The notes: generated by a model not told the origin, from the letters alone. A DNA stretch of 32,000 nucleotides from Candidatus Altimarinota bacterium (GCA_041659405.1 JBAZYK010000002.1:90001-122000); one strand, 5' to 3'; shown: positions 8,562 through 18,110, numbered from the stretch's first letter. Program-made: numbers and translations.

Positions 8562-9383
8562 TTACAGCTTTTGGCAGTTCTCACAATAAAAAGTGCCCCT
8601 TCCGGCAACTACAGTTTTTTTGATAGGATTCTTACAAACATAACAAGGATCGCCCTTTCTTCCATAAACCTGCAAGTAGTGCTGGTGTTTTCCTAAAGTT
8701 CCCCGGGTTCCCACAAAATCCGAAACCGAAGTTCCATTATGGTTAATCCCCTCTTCCAAACAACTTATAATGGCCAAATAAAGCTTTATATAATCAGCTT
8801 TTTTAAGTTTCTCCAGCCTGGACTTTGGATTTAAACGACTCTTAAAACAAACTTCATCAGCATAAATATTGCCAATACCGGCAATAATATCTTGCCTAAG
8901 CAGCGTGTTTTTCAAGATTCCCTTTTTATCAGCAAAAAGATCCAAAAAATATTCCAAACTAAAACGTGAGTCAAAAGGCTCAATTCCAAGCCTTTTTATG
9001 CCTGTCGCCTGTTCATAATCTTTTTCATTATAAAGCCAGATTTTTCCAAATTTACGGACATCCGAATAAATCAAAGAAGTGCCATCAGTAAAAGAAAAAA
9101 CACCGCAAATAAATTTTTCACGGCCATCACTCATGTTCCACAGTAAACGACCGGTCATGCGCAAATGGATAACCAAACGCATTTTCTTATCTAATACAAG
9201 CACAATAAACTTCCCTCTTCTTTGAATATCCAAAATTTTCAAATTCTTGATTTTAGCAGTTACATCTTTAGCCGAAGGCAAAAAAATAGAATCCACTTTT
9301 ACATTTAAGCTCGCAAACTTTTTACCGATCAAAACTGATTTTAATTCCCGGATAATCGTTTCGACCTCTGGCAATTCTGGCAT
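8562..9383 (-). CDS. mutM: formamidopyrimidine-DNA glycosylase
   Basis: N-terminal MPELPEVETI, GIGNIYADEVCF, NHNGTSVSDFV, C-terminal zinc finger CYVC...CENCQ. Confidence 0.97.
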   Translation of the reverse strand: MPELPEVETIIRELKSVLIGKKFASLNVKVDSIFLPSAKDVTAKIKNLKILDIQRRGKFIVLVLDKKMRLVIHLRMTGRLLWNMSDGREKFICGVFSFTDGTSLIYSDVRKFGKIWLYNEKDYEQATGIKRLGIEPFDSRFSLEYFLDLFADKKGILKNTLLRQDIIAGIGNIYADEVCFKSRLNPKSRLEKLKKADYIKLYLAIISCLEEGINHNGTSVSDFVGTRGTLGKHQHYLQVYGRKGDPCYVCKNPIKKTVVAGRGTFYCENCQKL

Positions 9384-9445
9384 ATTAACTTTAAAAAGAT
9401 GCGCCTAGACAAAAACAAAACCCGTTGATATCCATACTATCATAA

Positions 9446-9475
9446 AATAGCCGATGGTTGATTCCTCCGGCTATT
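9446..9475 (-). terminator. possible terminator downstream of tRNA-Lys
   Basis: AATAGCCG ... CGGCTATT 8-bp stem, followed on the minus strand by TTAT (short U tract). Confidence 0.4.
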
Positions 9476-9497
9476 AGTCTTATGCAGTGTCAAAATA

Positions 9498-9573
9498 TGG
9501 TGGGCCAGCTGGGGGTCGAACCCAGGACCTTCGCCTTAAGAGGGCGCCGCTCTACCGGCTGAGCTACTGACCC
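9498..9573 (-). tRNA. tRNA-Lys, anticodon CTT, encoded CCA
   Basis: GGGTCAG-TA-GCTC...GAGC-G-GCGCC-CTCTTAA-GGCGA-AGGTC-CTGGG-TTCGACC-CCCAG-CTGGCCC-ACCA. Confidence 0.97.
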
Positions 9574-9741
9574 ATAAGCCATTAAATGGCAATTTGACAC
9601 TGTGGTTTTTCTGCTTTAATTCTGGAATATTCCGCTAAATCTCGATTTTTATCTCTATCAAGACTTGCTAAAAGAGTGTTTTTGTCCAAAAAGCGCAATA
9701 AAGTTATCACCGAATCGCTTTTGATTCAAGGAATTTTTTAC

Positions 9742-9747
9742 TATGAT
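9742..9747 (+). promoter_or_regulatory. -10 element for glycosyltransferase gene
   Basis: TATGAT; the predicted +1 (7 nt after the last -10 base) is the A of ATG 9754. Confidence 0.4.
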
Positions 9748-9753
9748 AGGGCT

Positions 9754-10902
9754 ATGCAAAAAATCTTACTCTATACAGACACTCCCTTAGTTGGTGGCGC
9801 CGAAAAACACATCCATCAATTGGCCAAAACCCTGTTGAATGACGGCTTTCTAGCCAAGGTTGTCTGCTCAAAATACAAAAAACTTGACCTTTGGTGTGAA
9901 AATCTGAAAAAGGACGGAATTCCTGTAATTCGCTTGAACGTCAACCACAAACACGATCCACGTCATCTTTTACAACTTAAAAATATCCTTAAAGCTGAAA
10001 ACCCGGACATTCTTCATCTACATTTGTGGAACCCCGGGGCTTGTCGCTATGCTTTTTGGACTACTTCACCATCGCAACTACCTAAAATCATTGCTACAGA
10101 ACATGATCCTTTTCCACTGAGTGGCATCAAGAAAAGGCTCAAGAAACAGGCTCTTGCTAAAACCCACCAAACAATCACGGTTTCAAACAACAATCAGGAA
10201 CAAATCATTTCCTGGTATCCTGAACTTAAAAACTCCACTACGGTTATTCATAATGGAATAGACCTTGAACAGTTTGAAAAAGCATTGATTCATTTCACAC
10301 ATCAGGAAAAACATAAAATCAAGACGCAATTATTTCAGGCGAATGATAACGATTTTATAATTACAACTGTTGCAACTCTTCATCCACGAAAAGGCCTAAT
10401 TTACCTGATTGAAGCCTATAAAGAGGTTCAAGAGACAAATCCCCAAACCAAACTAGTCTTAATCGGCGAAGGTCCTCAAAAAAAAGATTTAGAGAAAAAA
10501 GTTAAAAAATTGGGCTTGGAAGATAAAGTAGTCTTTTTAAATCATCAGGAATCAATTCCCAAACTTTTAAAAAGCAGTGACCTTTTTGTTTTACCAAGCA
10601 TTAAAGAAGCTTTTGGATTAGTGCTTTTAGAAGCAATGGCCGCGCAAATACCAATTATTGCTTCAGCAGTTGGAGGCATTCCGGAAATCATTGAAAACAA
10701 CAAAAATGGGATTTTGGTTGAACCTGCAAACCCCAAAATGCTTGCCGAAAAAATCCTTTTCCTCATAAAGAACGCTCCCATACGCCAAAAAATGGTTTTC
10801 CTTGGACATCATCGTGTCAAGGATTTCGATCTAAAAAAGATGGCGCAAAAAACTGAAGCTGTCTATCATAAAGTCCTTCAAGCGGATAAAATTTTAAATT
10901 AA
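9754..10902 (+). CDS. glycosyltransferase family 4 (GT-B fold)
   Basis: MQKILLYTDTPLVGGAEKHIHQLA, VHNGIDLEQF-type motif (VIHNGIDLEQF), VATLHPRKGLIYLIEAY, PSIKEAFGLVLLEAMAAQIPIIAS. The ORF track starts at GTG 9676; ATG 9754 fits the family start. Confidence 0.92.
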   Translation: MQKILLYTDTPLVGGAEKHIHQLAKTLLNDGFLAKVVCSKYKKLDLWCENLKKDGIPVIRLNVNHKHDPRHLLQLKNILKAENPDILHLHLWNPGACRYAFWTTSPSQLPKIIATEHDPFPLSGIKKRLKKQALAKTHQTITVSNNNQEQIISWYPELKNSTTVIHNGIDLEQFEKALIHFTHQEKHKIKTQLFQANDNDFIITTVATLHPRKGLIYLIEAYKEVQETNPQTKLVLIGEGPQKKDLEKKVKKLGLEDKVVFLNHQESIPKLLKSSDLFVLPSIKEAFGLVLLEAMAAQIPIIASAVGGIPEIIENNKNGILVEPANPKMLAEKILFLIKNAPIRQKMVFLGHHRVKDFDLKKMAQKTEAVYHKVLQADKILN

Positions 10903-10915
10903 AACCCACAACAAG

Positions 10916-12265
10916 ATGAAACTAAAAACAATTTATATTTGCGAAAATTGCCAGTATGAAAGCCAAAAATGGGTTGGGAAGTGCCCTGCCTGCGAAGCCT
11001 GGAATTCATTCAGTGAAGATGTAGTAATGAAAGACAGTGCTTTACATAACCGTGAAGCCAAGGGCTTAGCCCTGACGCCTTCTGCCCTGGGCCACAATTT
11101 AAATTCACCAGAACGAATCGTTACCCAAATGGAAGAGCTAAATCGGGTACTGGGAGGTGGAATTTTAGAAGGATCGGTAACATTATTAAGTGGCGAACCA
11201 GGCATTGGTAAATCAACTTTGACTTTACAAATCTGCCAACAAGTCGCAGAAAAAAAGTCAAAAGTTTTATATATTTCAGCAGAAGAGTCGGCGCACCAGA
11301 TTGCTTCACGCGCCGCACGCTTGAATATTAAAAATGAAAATATCCAAATATTATCTGAAACACTTTTAGAAAATATCCTTTCAACAATCGAAAAAGAAAA
11401 ACCGGAATTTGTGATTGTGGACTCCATTCAGGTTATTTATTCAAGCCAAATCCCCTCTTTTGCCGGAAGCATGAATCAGGTTAAATTTTGCACCGAAACA
11501 CTAACTAATTTTTCTAAAAAAAATAATATACCACTTTTTATTATCGGGCATGTGACCAAAGACGGAAACGTAGCCGGCCCCAGAGTTTTGGAACACTTGG
11601 TCGACACCGTTTTATTTATTGAAGGCGAACGTTATCAAAATTTTAGAATTATTCGTTGTCTTAAAAATCGCTTTGGATCGACCAATGAAATCGGCATTTT
11701 TGAAATGACCGAAGACGGATTAAAAGAAATTAAAAATCCCTCACAAATTTTCCTGGAAGGTAGAAAAATTGGGAGTATTGGTTCAGCAATTACTGCCACA
11801 ATTGAAGGAACAAGGCCACTTTTGGTTGAAGTTCAAGCCCTAACCAATTTAAGTCCTTTTGGATACCCAAAACGTGCAGGAAGCGGATTCGATCTTAACA
11901 GACTGCAACTTTTAGTAGCGGTTATTCAAAAACATTTGCATATCAATTTGAGTAATCAAGATGTTTACATAAACGTAGTGGGCGGATTAAAACTGAGTGA
12001 ACCGGCGGCTGATTTAGCCGTTATCATGGCCATTATTTCATCATTCAAAAAAGAGCCACTTTCATCTGATACCATATATTTTGGTGAAGTTGGACTATCC
12101 GGCGAATTACGTTCCGTAACTCAAACAGACAAAAGAATTCAAGAAGCACAAAAAATTGGTTTTGCTAAAGCTGTAATTCCTAAAACAAAAGAAAAACTTT
12201 CAACCAAAAAAATTGTAATTGAAATGCTGGAAGACCTGGAGAAATTTATGAGATCCCAAAAATAG
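10916..12265 (+). CDS. radA: DNA repair protein RadA (Sms)
   Basis: C4 zinc finger CENCQYESQKWVGKCPACE, Walker A GEPGIGKST, KNRFG motif, C-terminal Lon-like domain. Confidence 0.97.
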   Translation: MKLKTIYICENCQYESQKWVGKCPACEAWNSFSEDVVMKDSALHNREAKGLALTPSALGHNLNSPERIVTQMEELNRVLGGGILEGSVTLLSGEPGIGKSTLTLQICQQVAEKKSKVLYISAEESAHQIASRAARLNIKNENIQILSETLLENILSTIEKEKPEFVIVDSIQVIYSSQIPSFAGSMNQVKFCTETLTNFSKKNNIPLFIIGHVTKDGNVAGPRVLEHLVDTVLFIEGERYQNFRIIRCLKNRFGSTNEIGIFEMTEDGLKEIKNPSQIFLEGRKIGSIGSAITATIEGTRPLLVEVQALTNLSPFGYPKRAGSGFDLNRLQLLVAVIQKHLHINLSNQDVYINVVGGLKLSEPAADLAVIMAIISSFKKEPLSSDTIYFGEVGLSGELRSVTQTDKRIQEAQKIGFAKAVIPKTKEKLSTKKIVIEMLEDLEKFMRSQK

Positions 12266-13016
12266 TTTTAGCATTTTCAGTTGTTAAATTGGCCGCATCA
12301 TCCAAGGAAATATTTCTGACCTTGGCCAGTTCTTTAGCAGTTTCCACAACAAATGCCGGCTCGTTCCTTTTCCCCCTGTAAGGTTGAGGCGTCAAATAAG
12401 GACAATCAGTTTCAATCAAGACTTTATCCGCAGGTGACTGTGCGGCAATTTCACGCAGATAATCATTTTTTGGATAAGTTAGGACTCCTGAAAAAGAAAG
12501 ATAATAACCACTTGCCCAGGCAATTTTTGCTTGTTCAATTTGTCCGGTAAAACAATGCAAAATAACTTTCGTGTTACCAACACTCTTCATAATTTCCAAA
12601 GCATCATCCCAGGCATCTCTAATATGAACGACAACCGGCAAATTAAGTTTAAGCGCCAATTCCAATTGTTTACGAAAAGCATTTTGTTGAAGATCTTTTG
12701 GCTGAAGATTCCTAAAATAATCCAAACCTATTTCACCAATCGCAACAATTTTTGAATTTTCTTGAACTATTTGAGTAAATTTTTTCAAAATATCTTCCGT
12801 ACACTCATCAGCGTTATGCGGATGAACCCCTAGTGTTGACCAAAAGTTTTTATCTGCATACTTTTTTACAAATTCAAGAGCCACTAAAGAATCATGTGGT
12901 GTACAACCTACAATAATTTGCCTAGAGACCTTAGATTCCTGAGCTCTTAAAATAATTTGCTCAATATCCGGAAACTCATTACTAAAATGAATATGGGAGT
13001 GCGTATCGGTAAACAT
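12246..13016 (-). CDS. tatD: TatD family DNase
   Basis: TDTHSHIHF, GEIGLDYF, VHIRDA, LHCFTG, ETDCPYLTP. The ORF track start at 13043 is TTG; ATG at 13016 gives MFTDTHSHIHF. Confidence 0.94.
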   Translation of the reverse strand: MFTDTHSHIHFSNEFPDIEQIILRAQESKVSRQIIVGCTPHDSLVALEFVKKYADKNFWSTLGVHPHNADECTEDILKKFTQIVQENSKIVAIGEIGLDYFRNLQPKDLQQNAFRKQLELALKLNLPVVVHIRDAWDDALEIMKSVGNTKVILHCFTGQIEQAKIAWASGYYLSFSGVLTYPKNDYLREIAAQSPADKVLIETDCPYLTPQPYRGKRNEPAFVVETAKELAKVRNISLDDAANLTTENAKTIFGIS

Positions 13017-13022
13017 GACAAC

Positions 13023-13047
13023 ATTATAATCTAATTTTGACAATTAG
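13023..13047 (-). promoter_or_regulatory. tatD -10 element plus overlapping palindrome
   Basis: TATAAT on minus at 13028-13023. Inverted repeat CTAATT-5-AATTAG at 13031-13047 immediately upstream. Confidence 0.45.
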
Positions 13048-13513
13048 AAAAAATGATTTTCGCAATTTCATTTATTTATATGTAATTTATACACAATAAG
13101 CATGAATTTAATAAATTTAGACACACTTTAGACAAAGTAAATTATTATCGCAATGCACTAAAGTTCAATTTTTAAGAAACCCCAAGACATAACCCATTAA
13201 GAATATGTCAAAGTTGTACAATATTTTTATACATGAAGAGTCTATTTACTTATATTTAATAATAAAGCAAAGCAGGGACAAAGAACACAAAAGTTGAACA
13301 GGGTAAATATTGAAACAAATATTTAGTAAAAATTCCAAGGGGAATTTCACTAAATTTAAATTCGAATTGAAGCAACTTCAGACATAAAATTGCAAAACTA
13401 TCAAATGTAGTGCTTTAATGTAATCACAGCCTATTTGAAAATAAAAAAATATTAAAACAAGTACTGAAAAAATTTTGATTTGAATATAGAATGATTTTGC
13501 TTCAATTTTACCC

Positions 13514-14983
13514 ATGAAAGAAAAAATATTCGACTTTATTGTTGTTGGATCAGGCCTTGCGGGGCTAAATACAGCCATTCAAGCCTCTAAAAGAGGAACA
13601 GTATTACTAATAACAAAAAAGGGATTAAGTGATGCCAACACGTTTTATGCACAAGGAGGAATCGCCACTGTGCTCAAAGAGCTCAACAAAAAAGATAGTT
13701 TTAAAAAACACGTTGAAGACACTTTAATCGCAGGCAATTTTCATAATAACAAAAAAGCAGTTGAATTTATCATAAAAAAAGGGCCACTGGCCATCAAGCA
13801 ACTAATCAATTTAGGAGTTGCTTTTAGCAAAAACGCAGAAGGTGATCTTGCACTTCATCGTGAAGGTGGTCATCGCGAAAAAAGGATTATTCATAGCGGA
13901 GATTACACCGGCAAAGCCATTGAAGAAACACTCATTAAAACAGCAAAACAGAACAAAAAAATCACGATTTCAGAAAAAACATTTGCCAAAGATTTACTAA
14001 TAAAAAATAAAACCTGTTACGGAATTCAGGTGATTTATAAAAACAAGATACGGAATTATTTTGGAAAAAAAATCATTTTGGCAACAGGCGGAATTGGCCA
14101 AATCTACGCAAAAACCACCAATCCCGTTATTGCAACAGGAGACGGATTAGCGATGGCATTACACGCACAATGTAAACTGAAAGATCTAGAATTTATTCAA
14201 TTTCACCCAACGGCATTAGACGAAAAAAAGAATCCAATATTTTTATTATCGGAAGCTTTAAGAGGATCCGGAGCCATTATACTCAACCACAAAAAAGAAA
14301 GATTCATGATGAAATATCATCCGATGGCAGAACTGGCCCCACGCGATATTGTTAGCAGGGCAATTTACAAAGAAGCTAAAAAAGGAAAAATTTATCTTCA
14401 AATGAACGTTAAGGGAGCCAACAAAGAGTTTCCTCAAATTTCACATTACCTTAAAGAAACAGGTTACAATTTAGAAAAAGATTTAATTTCCATTACTCCT
14501 GTTGCGCACTTTAGTTGTGGAGGAATTGAAACAGACTTAAAAGGACAAACCTCCATAAAAAATCTTTTTGCCTTTGGCGAAGTGGCATATACAGGTCTTC
14601 ATGGAGCCAATCGTTTAGCCTCAAATTCACTCCTGGAAGCCATAGTTATGAGTAACGAAATTTTAAAAACTCTTTTAAACACAAGTGTTAAAACTTCCTA
14701 TCCTTACTTTGCCACCCCAACTTTAACCACCCAAAAATCCTCCAATCTAAAAAACATCAAAGAAAATTTAAAAAAAATCATGTGGAATAATGTTGGAATA
14801 ATTCGTGAAGAGAAAAAGCTCATCAAAGCAATAAACGGCATTAATAAGCTAATGCAAGGTTTGCCAAAAATTAAAACCAAAGAATATTTTGAAACCAAGA
14901 ATATGTTGGAAGTGGCCCTGGCAATCACCAAATCCGCTTTAAAACGAAAAAAAAGCCTGGGAACACACTTCCGCATCAACTAA
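13514..14983 (+). CDS. nadB: L-aspartate oxidase
   Basis: FAD-binding DFIVVGSGLAGLNTAIQASKRG, FYAQGGIATVL, HREGGHREKRIIHSGDYTG, HFSCGGIETDLKGQT, GEVAYTGLHGANRLASNSLLEA. Confidence 0.95.
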   Translation: MKEKIFDFIVVGSGLAGLNTAIQASKRGTVLLITKKGLSDANTFYAQGGIATVLKELNKKDSFKKHVEDTLIAGNFHNNKKAVEFIIKKGPLAIKQLINLGVAFSKNAEGDLALHREGGHREKRIIHSGDYTGKAIEETLIKTAKQNKKITISEKTFAKDLLIKNKTCYGIQVIYKNKIRNYFGKKIILATGGIGQIYAKTTNPVIATGDGLAMALHAQCKLKDLEFIQFHPTALDEKKNPIFLLSEALRGSGAIILNHKKERFMMKYHPMAELAPRDIVSRAIYKEAKKGKIYLQMNVKGANKEFPQISHYLKETGYNLEKDLISITPVAHFSCGGIETDLKGQTSIKNLFAFGEVAYTGLHGANRLASNSLLEAIVMSNEILKTLLNTSVKTSYPYFATPTLTTQKSSNLKNIKENLKKIMWNNVGIIREEKKLIKAINGINKLMQGLPKIKTKEYFETKNMLEVALAITKSALKRKKSLGTHFRIN

Positions 14984-14996
14984 AACTCAAGAGTTC

Positions 14997-16064
14997 TTAA
15001 TTGTGACTCGACAAAATCTCCGCCTGACGAGCCGAACCCAATGATTCAACAATATCATCAATGTTGCCCTCCATAATCGAAGGAAGGTTGTTCCAGCTTT
15101 GTTTAATACGATGGTCAGTGACGCGATCCTGTGGAAAATTGTAAGTACGAATCTTCTCGGAACGATCCCCGGAACCAATTTGATCCAGACGCTGCTCGCC
15201 TATTTCTTTTCTGCGTTTGTCACGTTCCAGGGCATAAAGTCTTGTACGTAAAACTTCCATACCCTTAGCTTTATTCTTCAATTGAGATTTTTCATCCTGT
15301 TGACTAACCACAAGTCCGGATGGAATATGGGTAATTCGCACAGCTGAATCAGTAGTATTAACACTCTGTCCACCCGGGCCACCTGCCCTAAAAACATCAA
15401 TTCTCAAATCTGAATCTTTAATATCAATATCAATTTCTTCCGCTTCCGGAAGCACGGCACAAGTCACAGTGGAGGTATGAATGCGCCCCTGAGCCTCGGT
15501 CGATGGAACACGTTGAACACGTTGAACACCGCTTTCATAACGCAATTTTCCATAAGATCCTTCACCAACTACTTTAAAAATAATTTCTTTCAAACCACCG
15601 CCTGACGCCTCACTCTTGCTCATTAATTCAGTTTTATAACCAATTTTCTCAGCAAAACGCATGTACATTCTGGCAAGCTGTGAAGCAAAAAGAGCCGCTT
15701 CCTCACCACCGGCACCAGCACGAATTTCAAAAACGGCATTTTTAAAATCATCAGGATCTTTTGGAATAAGTTCCACCTTAATATCCTCATGAATTTTTTC
15801 AATTTTTTCTCTTGAAGTTTTTAACTGATCCTTAGCCAATTCTCGCATATCTTCATCATTTTCTGTATTTAAAATTTCCTCAGCTTCTTTTAGATCTTTT
15901 CCGGCAATCTTCAATTCTCTAAATAAAACCACCACTTTGGAAAGTTCCTTATGCTTCCTCATTAAAGCCTTATATTCATTTTGATCGCTCATGATATTTG
16001 GATCCATAAGCTTCTGCTCAATTTCAACATACTCTATCTCTAATTGTTCAAGTTTTTCTTCCAT
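14997..16064 (-). CDS. prfA: peptide chain release factor 1
   Basis: GGQ motif [26 protein letters not shown]; decoding-tripeptide position [17 protein letters not shown]. Confidence 0.96.
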   Translation of the reverse strand: MEEKLEQLEIEYVEIEQKLMDPNIMSDQNEYKALMRKHKELSKVVVLFRELKIAGKDLKEAEEILNTENDEDMRELAKDQLKTSREKIEKIHEDIKVELIPKDPDDFKNAVFEIRAGAGGEEAALFASQLARMYMRFAEKIGYKTELMSKSEASGGGLKEIIFKVVGEGSYGKLRYESGVQRVQRVPSTEAQGRIHTSTVTCAVLPEAEEIDIDIKDSDLRIDVFRAGGPGGQSVNTTDSAVRITHIPSGLVVSQQDEKSQLKNKAKGMEVLRTRLYALERDKRRKEIGEQRLDQIGSGDRSEKIRTYNFPQDRVTDHRIKQSWNNLPSIMEGNIDDIVESLGSARQAEILSSHN

Positions 16065-16077
16065 AAATATAATTTCT

Positions 16078-16911
16078 TTAAAATCTGATCATGAAAATCC
16101 GCTCAATCTTAGCGTAATCTTCGAAAATTTCCAACTGATTCGCTGGAAAATATTTTCCAATGAGTAAGCGAATTTCCTCGCCCTGTAAAAATCCAAATTC
16201 TCCAAGCAGAAAAACAGGTTTATTTTTCCATTTCGACAATTGTTGAAAAAGCTTCTCATAAAGACCAAGGCCATCAACTCCACCAAATAAAGCCGCATGA
16301 GGCTCAAAATCCTGAGCTTCCTTACTTACAAAAGCAAAATGTTTCGTGCCTATATAAGGCAAATTGGCAACCACAAGGTCAAAGTGATCATCAATATTCG
16401 TCAATAGATCACTTTTAACCAGGCTTATTCGGTCCTCCAACTGATGGTGTTGAACATTTTTCTTTGCAACCTGAAGAGCAGATTCCTCTACGTCCGAAGC
16501 TACAATTTTGGCCTGTGGCAGCTTAGAGGCCAAAGAAACAGCAATACATCCACTTCCGGTCCCAACGTCCAAAATTCGAGGTTCTGGAAGGTTCTTTAAG
16601 CAGTTTAAAGCCCGCTCAACCAAAAGTTCAGTTTCGGGTCTTGGAATCAAAACACGCTTATCAACATAAAAATCCAAACCATAAAACTCTTTATTATGCG
16701 TTAAATAAGCCACAGGTTCGCCATCAAAAAAACGATCGAAAAGATAAAAGAAAGATTGTTGTTGTTCGGAAGTTAAATCAAAATCAGCATGACTAACCAA
16801 AAATTCTTTTCCTTTTTGCAAAACATACGCCAATAAGACCTCCACCCCGATCAAGTCTCCTTGCGGACCAATGGTTTCTTTAGCTTTTTGAAGTATTTGA
16901 GCAATAATCAT
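16078..16911 (-). CDS. prmC: release factor glutamine methyltransferase
   Basis: [41 protein letters not shown]-like ([14 protein letters not shown]); adjacent to prfA. Confidence 0.94.
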   Translation of the reverse strand: MIIAQILQKAKETIGPQGDLIGVEVLLAYVLQKGKEFLVSHADFDLTSEQQQSFFYLFDRFFDGEPVAYLTHNKEFYGLDFYVDKRVLIPRPETELLVERALNCLKNLPEPRILDVGTGSGCIAVSLASKLPQAKIVASDVEESALQVAKKNVQHHQLEDRISLVKSDLLTNIDDHFDLVVANLPYIGTKHFAFVSKEAQDFEPHAALFGGVDGLGLYEKLFQQLSKWKNKPVFLLGEFGFLQGEEIRLLIGKYFPANQLEIFEDYAKIERIFMIRF

Positions 16912-16955
16912 ATAAAAACAAAGAGCGGATCCAAATGAATCCGCCCTTATAAATC

Positions 16956-17162
16956 TTAGTAATATTTCATCTTTTCACGTTGAGAACGATAATGGTCTCT
17001 CATAATGGCTGCCTGTCTTAAATAACTGCGATTTGGCTTCTTTTTGAAATAACGGCGTTCTTTCGCCACCAAAATCACACGGCTTGCCTGAACTTTCTTG
17101 TTAAAGCGAGAAATGAGACGATCTACAGATTCTTTCGGGTTGCGTCTAATGGATAAAGCCAT
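16956..17162 (-). CDS. rpsU: small ribosomal subunit protein bS21
   Basis: 68 aa basic protein with the bS21 pattern NPKESVDRLISRFNKKVQASRV...RYFKKKPNR. Confidence 0.85.
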   Translation of the reverse strand: MALSIRRNPKESVDRLISRFNKKVQASRVILVAKERRYFKKKPNRSYLRQAAIMRDHYRSQREKMKYY

Positions 17163-17250
17163 AATTTATCACCTCCTTCCAAAGGATTAAATTGAAATAA
17201 ATGCCTAGAAAGCTCATCTATTATAGAAAAACTGCCTGGATTGTCAACTG

Positions 17251-17523
17251 TCACTTTTGCATTTTTCGCGATTCCTCAATGATTAAAGTGAAAACAGCCT
17301 GAGCAAGTTTAGGGTCGATAGCCACTTTCTTACTGATTTTCTGGTGAAGGGTAGCCAATTCAATCTCACGCTCAGAATCAAAAATCTCTTTATTTAAGCC
17401 CTTTTTTAAAGCACCAACCTTCTTTACAATCGCAAAACGTTGAGCAATTTTCTGAAGAATTTCTTGATCGATATCATTAATTTGCTGCCGCAATTCACCC
17501 AATGAAGAATTTAAGTTTTTCAT
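17251..17523 (-). CDS. chorismate mutase (AroQ-class helical domain)
   Basis: LRQQINDIDQEILQKIAQRFAIVKKVGALKK ... VFTLIIEESRKMQ pattern, located in the aromatic cluster. Confidence 0.88.
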   Translation of the reverse strand: MKNLNSSLGELRQQINDIDQEILQKIAQRFAIVKKVGALKKGLNKEIFDSEREIELATLHQKISKKVAIDPKLAQAVFTLIIEESRKMQK

Positions 17524-17543
17524 ACCAAAAAGAGATAATATAT

Positions 17544-18110
17544 TTATTTTTTAACAATAATAAAAGTCGTTAAATTAGGATGATTATCCTGAATACCTTT
17601 ATCCAAAAGTTCCAAACCATAAATTTCCGCAGTTCTGGCAGAGGCAATAACGGCAGTATCCGGACTCAAAACACCATTGGCCAAGTCACGGGCCGCCCCG
17701 GCAGTATCGCTCCAATCAATAAGTTGGGCCTGCGGAAAATTTTTGCGAATATATCTTTCGCACTGAGAAATACCCTGTGGATGACTCGCAATCTTTTTAA
17801 TTTCAGTTTTTTTTGCACCAGGTTTTACCAATAAACATTGATAAACCTCAAGCCAAAGCTCCTCAATAAACTCGAACAAATGCTTACCCATAGCCTCAAA
17901 AGCCGTTTGCACCAATCCCCCACGTGAATTCACAACCGGAAAAATACCAAGTTCAATTTCGCCTTTATCCAAACTGGTCAAAACTCTTTCCATATCGGTA
18001 AGATAAAAAATCTCAGATTCAAAACCGGTACGATGAGCATAGGCAAGACCCGCCTCTTCGGAAAAAGATCCTGCGTCACCCGATACACCAATTTTTATTT
18101 TCTTTTTCAT
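17544..18110 (-). CDS. prephenate dehydratase-like protein, lacking ACT domain
   Basis: GDAGSFSEEAGLAYA, HPQGISQCERYI, AVIASARTAEIYGLELLDKGIQDNHPNLTTFIIV. Ends before any ACT domain. Confidence 0.78.
   Translation of the reverse strand: MKKKIKIGVSGDAGSFSEEAGLAYAHRTGFESEIFYLTDMERVLTSLDKGEIELGIFPVVNSRGGLVQTAFEAMGKHLFEFIEELWLEVYQCLLVKPGAKKTEIKKIASHPQGISQCERYIRKNFPQAQLIDWSDTAGAARDLANGVLSPDTAVIASARTAEIYGLELLDKGIQDNHPNLTTFIIVKK

Noticed and set aside
13087-13095. DnaA-box-like TTATACACA as evidence for a replication origin
   Set aside because: Single 9-mer match in very AT-rich DNA, and the same string occurs by chance in the 16S. No cluster of boxes, dnaA or dnaN; gyrB alone is not enough.
13378-13578. 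66-aa minus-strand ORF over the nadB upstream region
   Set aside because: Low-complexity AT-rich translation overlapping the nadB start; no motif or start signal.
15480-15520. PST instead of PAT/PVT in the RF1 decoding tripeptide
   Set aside because: Fits the general P-x-T pattern of RF1, so not strong evidence for changed stop-codon specificity.
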